NCBI GenBank assembly: GCA_964373045.1
Contig: CAYJSI010000008.1
Coordinates: 1 to 63,527, forward strand
Direction of reading: 5' to 3'
Origin: an uncultured bacterium
GTDB taxonomy: Bacteria; Omnitrophota; Omnitrophia; Omnitrophales; Aquincolibacteriaceae
Length of the DNA: 63,527 nucleotides
Shown: piece after piece, positions 52,123-59,977 of the stretch
Layout: each line of letters starts with the position of its first letter
How positions within the stretch are numbered: the first letter of the stretch is position 1
Program-made: the position numbers and the translations under genes
The notes under the pieces: generated by a model
What the model saw: the letters and a program-made list of their open reading frames with translations, nothing else
Told to the model about the DNA's origin: nothing
Databases searched by the model: none

Positions 52123-53034
52123 ATGTTCTCGACATCGTTAAATATCGGCGGCTACACTCTGCGTGTAGCAGAAAAGAAAGATTTTCCCCTCCTTTCCTGG
52201 CCGAATCCTTTCTTCGAACCCTTTGCGGGGGATCCGGATTCCGCACCGGATATCGATCTGGAGATAGAGGTCACAGAGCGTCTCCCTTCAATTCAAAAAG
52301 GCTCCCCGCTCTTTGACGCCTGTGAAGGTCATTGGAAACTTTGGGAATACGATTCAAAGAATTTTTTCGTTGAGACATCTAGTCCCAAAACTAAAAAGTG
52401 TTTTACCTGCGGTTTTCTCACAAAAGACTTTCGGAAGGCCTCCCTTTGGACGCTGGTGGACTATTTAGATAAAGACAAAACGAAGCCGGGTTGGAGCCCC
52501 TCCAAGGTCCTTAACCCTGTCGGAGAAATTTGTTTGGTCACTCGGCTCGCGCGGGAGGGAGGATTTCTGCTCCACGGCGCGGGGATCGAGGTTGAAGGCG
52601 AAGGGTGGATTTTTACGGGGCCCTCAGAGGCAGGCAAATCCACCCTCTCCAAATTTTTCTTTGATCAAGGCTACACCGTCTATACCGACGAGAAAACGAT
52701 TGTGCGGCGGTTAGAAGGTATTCCCGTTGTCATGGGAAGCCCCTGGCCGGGCGAGGGTTATTATCTCCACAACGGTCAAATCCCTCTTTCACGTCTTCAT
52801 TTTATCCGCCATGGAAAAAATGCCCACGAAATTAAAAAACTTTCTCCTGCCCTGGCGGCCACCCAGTTGATTCAATTATGCTTTCTCCCTTATTGGGATC
52901 GAGAAGCCATGGATCAGACCTTGGCCTTTATCCGGGAACTGGTTCAGGCAATCGATTGCTTCGAGCTTGCCCCTCTTAAAACCCCGGACGTGGTCAACTA
53001 TTTAAAACATTTTCATGCCGGTGTGTTGGCTTAA
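52123..53034 (+). CDS. HPr kinase/phosphorylase C-terminal-domain-like kinase
   Basis: LLHGAGIEVEGEGWIFTGPSEAGKSTLS (P-loop in HprK-like context); 303 aa. Confidence 0.75.
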   Translation: MFSTSLNIGGYTLRVAEKKDFPLLSWPNPFFEPFAGDPDSAPDIDLEIEVTERLPSIQKGSPLFDACEGHWKLWEYDSKNFFVETSSPKTKKCFTCGFLTKDFRKASLWTLVDYLDKDKTKPGWSPSKVLNPVGEICLVTRLAREGGFLLHGAGIEVEGEGWIFTGPSEAGKSTLSKFFFDQGYTVYTDEKTIVRRLEGIPVVMGSPWPGEGYYLHNGQIPLSRLHFIRHGKNAHEIKKLSPALAATQLIQLCFLPYWDREAMDQTLAFIRELVQAIDCFELAPLKTPDVVNYLKHFHAGVLA

Positions 53035-53039
53035 CGGAA

Positions 53040-54098
53040 ATGGAGACCCTGCGAGAAGTTTATTTATTTGATCGCCTCGTAGACCAGTCTACCGATTCTC
53101 ACATTCCATCCAACGTCACCTTTGAGCTCACTTACGGCTGTAACTTTGCTTGCGTTCACTGCTTGAATCCCACGCATCAGGCAGGTGTTCGGGAATTAAA
53201 AACCGCTGAAGTTTGCCGTATCCTTGACGAGGTCCGGGGTCTCGGTGTTTTCTTGATTAATTTCACGGGCGGTGAACTTCTCACACGACCCGATCTGTGG
53301 ACGATTTTAGACCACGCCGGGGAGATCGGACTCGTCTTTTCCTTATTTTCAAATGCCTCTCTTCTCACGGAAGACATCCTGAAAAGGTTGTGCACCTACC
53401 CCCTCGTTCACTTCATGACTTCGATTTATGGGGCGCAAGAGGAAACCTACGAGCAGATGACGCAAAGGCCCGGTTCCTTTTCAAAATTTTGCGGGGGGTT
53501 GGAACTTCTCCGGCAATTTTCCAAAATGAGAACGGTCGTCAGAATGCCAGTCACGCGGCTGAACCAACATGAAATTAAGGAAGCGGAGACCCTCGTCCAT
53601 TCTTACGGATTTCGTTTCCAATACTCTCTTGAAATTCATCCCCGCCAGGATCAGAACCCCGCTCCGCTCGAGTATCGGCTTTCGCCGGAAGAAAAATTTG
53701 AAATCATGAAGCAATTCAGCGAAGGATTTTCTCGCGAGACGGAGGAGGCGGCTTGCGCCCGCCAGCCGGAGAATGAAAAGTTCATCGATTGCGCCTGCGG
53801 AAAAAGTCAGTTTGCAATTACCCCTTTCGGAGAAATGAACCTTTGCACGGGTTTTCCTATGCCTCGGTATGATTTGAGGATGGGAAGTATCCAGGAGGGA
53901 TGGGAGGTTCTTAAAAAAATCGTCCGCGAAGCGAGGGGGAATGAACGTTACGAATGTCCGACTTGTTCACTGAAACCTTTTTGCCGCCAGGGAAGGAATG
54001 ACGCTTGGCTTGAAACGGGCGACCCAAGCCCGTGCCTCCCCCATTTTAAGGAGCTGGCCCGCTTAGAAAGTGAAAGCTACTCAAGAAGCGCTCGTTGA
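53040..54098 (+). CDS. Radical SAM/SPASM enzyme no. 3
   Basis: CNFACVHCL, FTGGELLTRPDL, and SPASM CACGKSQFAITPFGEMNLC...CPTCSLKPFC. Confidence 0.9.
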   Translation: METLREVYLFDRLVDQSTDSHIPSNVTFELTYGCNFACVHCLNPTHQAGVRELKTAEVCRILDEVRGLGVFLINFTGGELLTRPDLWTILDHAGEIGLVFSLFSNASLLTEDILKRLCTYPLVHFMTSIYGAQEETYEQMTQRPGSFSKFCGGLELLRQFSKMRTVVRMPVTRLNQHEIKEAETLVHSYGFRFQYSLEIHPRQDQNPAPLEYRLSPEEKFEIMKQFSEGFSRETEEAACARQPENEKFIDCACGKSQFAITPFGEMNLCTGFPMPRYDLRMGSIQEGWEVLKKIVREARGNERYECPTCSLKPFCRQGRNDAWLETGDPSPCLPHFKELARLESESYSRSAR

Positions 54099-55014
54099 CC
54101 AAGTCATTCGAGCCTACTCCCACGTAAGCCTCAATAACCACCGGATCTTTGAGCGCTTTAAGGTGGTCCTGTCAGCCCTTGAAGAGGCCGGGATCCCCTG
54201 TATGCCGCTCAAAGGGGCGGATCTCCTTTTTCGTCTCTACGGCGTCATGGGCAGCCGCCCCATGTATGACGTCGATCTGTTAATCCGCCCCGGGAATCTT
54301 GAGCGAACCGATCAAATTTTAAGAACGCTCGGTTTTTCCCAAGTCCAGGACGGCAACCCCTCCTATCACGACAGGGATAATGTCCTGGCACTCGACATCG
54401 TCACCGATCTTTGGTATCTCGAAAATACCGAAGCCCTTTGGGAGCGATCGCAAATCAAAAAGGTTCTTGGCTCGACCATGAATTTTATGGCGGCGGAGGA
54501 TCTCTTCCTTTATCTCTCAGCTTACAATGTTATCCATCGCGGTTTTTTAACAGCTGCCTTTGAGAAGGATCTTCTTCTCCTCCTTGAACATGAAACCTTG
54601 GATTGGGATGAAATCCTTCAAAAAAGCCAGCGTTGCCGATTAAAACCCGCTTTACTTTTAATCTATGAAAAGAATCCTCTTTTGCGGCATCGTTGGCCGA
54701 GCCGCTTTGCCTCACAGCTTAAACCTCAAACCTTAAGCGAACTTTTGATCTTCCTTTTTTTAAAAACATTTGTCACCAAAAAGGAGCTGCCGGGCCTCGG
54801 CCATCTCCTTCTCTGGCTCACGGCGCCGAGGCGTTCACAGCTCCGCTGGCTTCAAGCGAAGTTTTTTCCCTCAAATTTTTTTTTGCGGTATCGTTATCCC
54901 AAGGAGTATCAATATCCAAAATTCCTGATCCTGTCAAAACGTTTTTTTTATCTCCTTTATCGATCTCTTAAACTTTCCCTTTTCCTTATCTTGCGATTTT
55001 TTCAGTTAAAATGA
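54070..55014 (+). CDS. Nucleotidyltransferase family protein (PF14907/NTP_transf_5-like)
   Basis: GIPCMPLKGADLLFRLYGVMGSRPMYDVDLLIRPGNLERTDQILRTLGF; GTG start; 29-nt overlap with rSAM no. 3. Confidence 0.75.
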   Translation: MKATQEALVDQVIRAYSHVSLNNHRIFERFKVVLSALEEAGIPCMPLKGADLLFRLYGVMGSRPMYDVDLLIRPGNLERTDQILRTLGFSQVQDGNPSYHDRDNVLALDIVTDLWYLENTEALWERSQIKKVLGSTMNFMAAEDLFLYLSAYNVIHRGFLTAAFEKDLLLLLEHETLDWDEILQKSQRCRLKPALLLIYEKNPLLRHRWPSRFASQLKPQTLSELLIFLFLKTFVTKKELPGLGHLLLWLTAPRRSQLRWLQAKFFPSNFFLRYRYPKEYQYPKFLILSKRFFYLLYRSLKLSLFLILRFFQLK

Positions 55015-55772
55015 GTCTCCGTTCCCACTTGGCCCAAGGCGTCTTAAAAACGGCGCAAACCCTTCCGAGTTTAATCCCCGCCTTTTTAAAACCGCAGGAA
55101 CTGATGGCTCTGAATGAGACCTACTATCAAGAAAAAAAGGAAGGCGCCTTAGAATCATTTCAGCCCGAACTTTATGAGGATGAGAAGCGATTGCTTTCTT
55201 ATCTCCCGGCAAGGAGCCGGATTCTTTGTTTGGGGGCGGGACTTGGGAGGGAGGCCCTCGCCCTTGCCGAGCTAGGTTATGAGACCTGGGGAATTGAAAA
55301 TGTCCCGGAACTCGCTTCCTTTGCAAAAACCTATGCCGAGACGCACCATCTGTCTGCCCGTTTCATTCTGGCGAATGTCCTGGACCTCCCGGATCTCAAG
55401 GTAAGTTTTGACTGCGCCCTGCTCCTCAATTGTTTTTATAATCTCATTCCGGGAAGGCGGCTCCGACAGCGCCTCCTTTCCAGTGTTAAAAGAAGCCTTG
55501 TCCCGCAAGGGATTTGCATCCTTCAACTAACCTTGAGACCGACCTCCGAACGGGAAAAAAAATGGCATCGCCTTTTAAAGTCTTTAGCCCAAGTCCTTGG
55601 GAATCCAGAGTATGAGATGGGAGACCGTATGGTCGATGCGGGTCTTTACTACCATTTCTTTTCTTCTTTTGAACAGGCGTGGGGCGAAATCAAAGAGGCT
55701 GGTTTTAATCTGAAGGAGCGCTTATCCCTCGATGGATTTTATACCACGCTCATCCTTCAATCTCATGATTGA
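55011..55772 (+). CDS. Class I SAM-dependent methyltransferase
   Basis: Motif I RILCLGAGLGREALALAELGYETWGIE; ATGA overlap with the upstream gene. Confidence 0.85.
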   Translation: MSLRSHLAQGVLKTAQTLPSLIPAFLKPQELMALNETYYQEKKEGALESFQPELYEDEKRLLSYLPARSRILCLGAGLGREALALAELGYETWGIENVPELASFAKTYAETHHLSARFILANVLDLPDLKVSFDCALLLNCFYNLIPGRRLRQRLLSSVKRSLVPQGICILQLTLRPTSEREKKWHRLLKSLAQVLGNPEYEMGDRMVDAGLYYHFFSSFEQAWGEIKEAGFNLKERLSLDGFYTTLILQSHD

Positions 55773-56544
55773 AACGCTCGAGCTCCAGCACCTGCCTTTA
55801 CGGAAGCTTCTGAACAAGTCTGGCACCGTAACGATCCGCTCAAACGGCTGGAGCATGTTTCCTGCAATCTTAAAAGGAGACCTTTTAACAATCATTCCAA
55901 AGACCCGCCCGGAGGTGGGCGATCTGGTCGTTTTCGAGCAAAACGGCCAATGGATCTGCCACCGCCTCATCCGGATCGAAAAGGACGTTTACCGCACCCG
56001 GGGGGACAATACCACCCGACCCGATACCCCCATCAAAGAGGATAATGTTTTGGGCATTGTGTCCGAAATATTGCGCCGAGGAAACCCTATTTCTCCCGAG
56101 TCGCCCTTACCCGAGCGTTGGCACGATCGGGGATGGATGTTGCTTGACCGTTCAAGCCTTTTTGCCCATCTCCTCTTTAACAAGATTCTCAAATGGCTCT
56201 TGGACTTTATCCTTGCATTTTCCTTGGGACGGCAGGTTTTAGGCCAAATACTTGGCTCGTTTAACAAGCTTAAAATTGCTTTTCCCTCCCCCTTGGAATC
56301 CCTGCGGACCTCTCGATCGTTGTCGCTAGGATCTTTCACTAAGCCACGCCTCGGCCAAATACCACTTTCTTTTAAAAGGGAAGCGGGCTGGATTCTAAGT
56401 GCCCATTTTTTGGGTTTTATTTTTGCGCGCTACCTTTACCCTGCCGGTCAGTTTGAATTCCGGTTTCAAAAAGGGTTTGAGCCGCTTGAATTGCGCTTTC
56501 GAAAAATGGTCCAGGAAATCCTTGATGTCACTGCCTCCGATTGA
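55765..56544 (+). CDS. S26B (archaeal/SipW-type) signal-peptidase-like serine peptidase with ~140-aa C-terminal extension
   Basis: IRSNGWSMFPAILKGDLLTI..GDLVVFEQNGQWICHRLI..YRTRGDNTTRPD. The likely start is ATG 55765. Confidence 0.75.
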   Translation: MIETLELQHLPLRKLLNKSGTVTIRSNGWSMFPAILKGDLLTIIPKTRPEVGDLVVFEQNGQWICHRLIRIEKDVYRTRGDNTTRPDTPIKEDNVLGIVSEILRRGNPISPESPLPERWHDRGWMLLDRSSLFAHLLFNKILKWLLDFILAFSLGRQVLGQILGSFNKLKIAFPSPLESLRTSRSLSLGSFTKPRLGQIPLSFKREAGWILSAHFLGFIFARYLYPAGQFEFRFQKGFEPLELRFRKMVQEILDVTASD

Positions 56545-57295
56545 TGTTCAAAATTTAAGCAAAACGTTCGACCATTCTCCGGTCTCTTTGTTTTCCCGCA
56601 CTCGCATAAAAACGACGGCGCTGGATCGAATTCATCTTCAAATTCCGGAGGGGGAGATTTTCGTCCTCTTAGGTCCGAACGGCGCGGGAAAATCCACTTT
56701 TCTAAAAATCCTCACGGGCCTTATCAGCCCCGATGCGGGGAGTGTTCAGATTTACGGAAGGTCTCACCGCGAAAAAAAATCGGTTCAAAATTTATCTCTT
56801 CTGATCAATGACGAAAGGAGTTTTTATTTTCGCCTGTCTGCGAGGCAAAATCTAGAATTCTTTGCCGCGCTTTACGGCTTCTCGGACCGTGAGAAAAAGG
56901 CGCGGATTGAATTTCTTCAAAAAAGATTTGCCTTGGATTATCTGGATCTTCCCTATCAGGAATGCTCGGTCGGGATGAAGCAGCGTCTTGCCCTGGCGCG
57001 TTGCTTCCTGAAAAATTCAAAAATCCTGCTCATGGATGAGCCGACGCGAAGCCTTGACCCTCACGCCAGAAGAAATTATTGCCAATGGGTTCGAGATCTC
57101 AAAAGTCAACACAACGCCACCATCCTCTTTACCACCCACGATCTTGAAGAGGCTGAGCTTTTGGCAGACCGCGTGGGCATCCTCTGTGAGGGAAGACTCC
57201 TAGCGGTGGGAACGATGGACGACTTACGAAAAAAAATTAAAAATACGGAGGCTTCTTTGAGGGATATCTATTTCGCGCTGGAGCCATCGCGATGA
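56525..57295 (+). CDS. ABC transporter ATP-binding protein
   Basis: Walker A LLGPNGAGKSTFL, signature-like SVGMKQRLALA, Walker B LLMDEPT. The likely start is ATG 56525. Confidence 0.92.
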   Translation: MSLPPIDVQNLSKTFDHSPVSLFSRTRIKTTALDRIHLQIPEGEIFVLLGPNGAGKSTFLKILTGLISPDAGSVQIYGRSHREKKSVQNLSLLINDERSFYFRLSARQNLEFFAALYGFSDREKKARIEFLQKRFALDYLDLPYQECSVGMKQRLALARCFLKNSKILLMDEPTRSLDPHARRNYCQWVRDLKSQHNATILFTTHDLEEAELLADRVGILCEGRLLAVGTMDDLRKKIKNTEASLRDIYFALEPSR

Positions 57296-58104
57296 TATTT
57301 TTTCGAAAACTTTTGGCTATTTTTAAACGCGACTGCCTTGAGCATTTAAGCTATCGGCAATCCCTTTTTCTTGACATAGCCTCAATCGCGGCTAGTCTGA
57401 TCACCTTTTATTTTATTGGGAAATTAGTCGGCAGCTCGGCCCTTCGCTCTTTGGTCTCTTTTAATGGGGCCGATTATTTTCCCTTTGTCCTCCTAGGTCT
57501 TGCCCTTTCAAGCTTTCAGACGCTGGCCCTGAGTGGTCCTTCGGAGGCTTTGTTGAAGGAGCAATCCTACGGAACCTTGGAGGCCGTTATGATGACCTCA
57601 ACCGGTTTTGAGACCCTCCTCTCGGCGGGCTTCCTTTGGCCGCTCATTTTCTCCACCCTGAGGGTCACGGCTTATTTTATCGCGGGCTTTTTTCTCGGCG
57701 CCTCTTTCCCTTTAAGCCAACTCCCTCTATTTTGTCTCATTGTATTTTTAAGCATCCTTTCGCTGCTAGGACTGGGATTGTTTTCAGCCGGCTATTCCCT
57801 TGCCTACAAACGCGGGAACCCTGTTCAGTTTTTTTTTGAGCCCCTCTCGAAATTAACGGCGGGTGTTTATTTTCCGGTTGCTCTCTTCCCTTTATGGCTC
57901 CAGCCCTTTACGTATCTCAATCCTTTTACCCATGCCCTCGAAGCAACCCGCTTAGTCCTTCTCTCGAATGCCACCCTTCCCCAAATTATGCCTCACCTCA
58001 CGGCCCTTGCCTTGTTTGCTTCGTTTTTGATTCCGCTTGGGATATTTTCCTTCCATTTTTATCTCAACAAGGCAAAGAAAGACGGCTCTCTTGCATTTTG
58101 TTGA
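57292..58104 (+). CDS. ABC-2 type transporter permease
   Basis: 270 aa with about 6 TM segments; ATGA overlap with the ATPase gene. Confidence 0.85.
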   Translation: MIFFRKLLAIFKRDCLEHLSYRQSLFLDIASIAASLITFYFIGKLVGSSALRSLVSFNGADYFPFVLLGLALSSFQTLALSGPSEALLKEQSYGTLEAVMMTSTGFETLLSAGFLWPLIFSTLRVTAYFIAGFFLGASFPLSQLPLFCLIVFLSILSLLGLGLFSAGYSLAYKRGNPVQFFFEPLSKLTAGVYFPVALFPLWLQPFTYLNPFTHALEATRLVLLSNATLPQIMPHLTALALFASFLIPLGIFSFHFYLNKAKKDGSLAFC

Positions 58105-58111
58105 AGATGAT

Positions 58112-58198
58112 GTCATCCCGGCCACCGAGCCCTGCCTCGCCGGCAGGCGGGCGGGATCCAGGGATTTGGATGCCGGCGGGCAGGAAGCCCGGCATGAC
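58112..58198. repeat. GC-rich composite palindrome between convergent genes (REP/bidirectional terminator candidate)
   Basis: gtcatcccggcc...ctgcctcgccggcagg...gcccggcatgac, with imperfect outer and inner inverted repeats. Confidence 0.55.
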
Positions 58199-58208
58199 AC
58201 TTAGGGTA

Positions 58209-59114
58209 CTATTGCTTGAGGGCGTAGAGGGTGAGGGAGGAACCGCGCAGAAGACGGCCGCCTGTTAAATGATAAAGCAGCTCAAAGATCCCGTACCAGG
58301 CGTAGCGGCGCAAGAGCTCAAGCCAGGTGCCCGTGGCTCGAGGAATCCCGTTTCGAATGGAAAGGATCCTAAATCCCCTTTGATCCAAGAAGCGGCTGAG
58401 TGTTTTTGGGCTGTAGTCGAATAAATGCCGCGGCGGATTGATGAGAAAGAATTTTTGAAATCCTAAGAAATTCAGGATCCGGTCGATCGTCACGTTCTGA
58501 TTCGGAACTCGAATAATGAGCAATCCTCCCGGTTTAAGCAGCCTCGCGACTCGGTCCAGGATTTCGTGAGGGTTGGGGACATGTTCCAGGACATACCAGA
58601 GGGTCACGGCGTCAAATGAATCCGAAAGCACTGCCTCCTCAATCGTTCCTTCGTAGAGATCAAGTTTCAGTTTCTCCCTTGCGTGCCGCGCCGCCTCGGG
58701 GGCCGGCTCGATCCCCTTCGTGTCCCAACCCGCCTGACGCATGAGGTCGAGAAAAAAACCCATCCCGCATCCCACATCCAAAAGTTTTGGCTTTGCGTTT
58801 AATTTTAAAACCCCGGAGCCCTTAAACTCGCGGATGCGATTGAGACCCTCCTTTAAGAAAACATCCGCCATTTGTTTCTGCCACAAGGGGGCGGACTCCA
58901 TAGGAAAATAATTTTCATAGAATTGAAGGAGTCCATCGCGATTGGGCCGGGGATTGACAAACACAAGAGCGCACCCTGCGCAGCGCACCACAGGAAGCGT
59001 TTGCTCCACGACCAGGGTCTTAAAATCGAGGCCGCGGCATAGCGGGCACGGGATGGTCTCCAGCGCCGCTCCCCCTCGATACTCCAAATTTTCCAATTTA
59101 TTTTTATTCATCAT
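58209..59114 (-). CDS. Class I SAM-dependent methyltransferase with N-terminal Cys4 zinc-ribbon-like motif
   Basis: CPLCRG..CAGC, then LLDVGCGMGFFLDLM. Confidence 0.85.
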   Translation of the reverse strand: MMNKNKLENLEYRGGAALETIPCPLCRGLDFKTLVVEQTLPVVRCAGCALVFVNPRPNRDGLLQFYENYFPMESAPLWQKQMADVFLKEGLNRIREFKGSGVLKLNAKPKLLDVGCGMGFFLDLMRQAGWDTKGIEPAPEAARHAREKLKLDLYEGTIEEAVLSDSFDAVTLWYVLEHVPNPHEILDRVARLLKPGGLLIIRVPNQNVTIDRILNFLGFQKFFLINPPRHLFDYSPKTLSRFLDQRGFRILSIRNGIPRATGTWLELLRRYAWYGIFELLYHLTGGRLLRGSSLTLYALKQ

Positions 59115-59132
59115 CCTCCCCTTGCAAAAACC

Positions 59133-59179
59133 CTAACGGTGCCAGGCACCGTGCCTGGCACCGTGCCTGGCACCGTTAG
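59133..59179. repeat. Family B palindrome, triple GGCACCGTGCC unit
   Basis: ctaacggtgccaggcaccgtgcctggcaccgtgcctggcaccgttag, between the formyltransferase stop and the methyltransferase start. Confidence 0.8.
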
Positions 59180-59182
59180 CCG

Positions 59183-59977
59183 TTAGAAGAAGCGGCGGCC
59201 GCGGCGGCGAAGCTGGCGTATGGCCTCGGCCGTAATGCGCGAATAATAGCTTGAGGCGCCGTCATCCTGTTGACTCAGCTCTGAGCCCTTCTCGAGCCTT
59301 TCAAGGGCCTCAGGAAGCATCCTTGCCGCCTCTAGGCTGCAGCGGCGGTAAAATGAAAAGACGGTGTCGCTATCCCGGATCTCCACCTTTTTTTGGCATA
59401 CGATATCGCCATTATCGATTTCCGACGTTACAAGGTGAATCGAGGTGCCGAATTCCTTTTCTCCATTGACAAGAGCCCAAAAATTAGGAGCCATTCCCCG
59501 GTATTTGGGAAGGGGCGAGGTGTGAATGTTGATCGTCCCGCAGCGCGGAATCTCAAGTAAAGCCGGCTTGATAATTTCATTAAAAAGGTCGGCCAGAATG
59601 ACGTCGGGCTTCCATCGGGCCACAAGCTCGACGGAAGACTCGTCATTCACGCTTCGGACAGGGTAGTGTTCTAAGTGATAATGGCGAAGGACTTCTCTTA
59701 AATCGAGAAATTCGCGTTTTGTGATTGGTTTTCTTTCGAGAAACATTTCCTTCAGGGCCTGAGCACGGAACCAAAGAGAGGCCAAGACCATTGAAATCAT
59801 ATAATCAAAACCTGATTTTTGAATGACGGCACGCACTTGAGCAAGTGCGGCCTTACGCGAGGAAAGCTTCGGCGTTGAGACAACCAGGATTTGATCCTGG
59901 CGCCGCGCTTCACAAAGCTCTCTGAGGACCACCGGCGCGTGAAAATGATGGAGAGGGGTGAGGACTACGATTTTCAT
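59183..59977 (-). CDS. Formyltransferase family protein (Fmt/ArnA N-domain-like)
   Basis: NIHTSPLPKYRGMAPNFWALVNGEKEFGTSIHLVTSEIDNGDIV. Confidence 0.85.
   Translation of the reverse strand: MKIVVLTPLHHFHAPVVLRELCEARRQDQILVVSTPKLSSRKAALAQVRAVIQKSGFDYMISMVLASLWFRAQALKEMFLERKPITKREFLDLREVLRHYHLEHYPVRSVNDESSVELVARWKPDVILADLFNEIIKPALLEIPRCGTINIHTSPLPKYRGMAPNFWALVNGEKEFGTSIHLVTSEIDNGDIVCQKKVEIRDSDTVFSFYRRCSLEAARMLPEALERLEKGSELSQQDDGASSYYSRITAEAIRQLRRRGRRFF

Noticed and set aside
47717-58104. Lasso-peptide biosynthetic cluster (PqqD, HprK-like kinase, nucleotidyltransferase, YxxPxL leader).
   Set aside because: No asparagine-synthetase-like lasso cyclase and no transglutaminase-like leader protease ORF is present. 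The putative core has no Asp/Glu at positions 7-9 for macrolactam formation. Three rSAM enzymes dominate instead.
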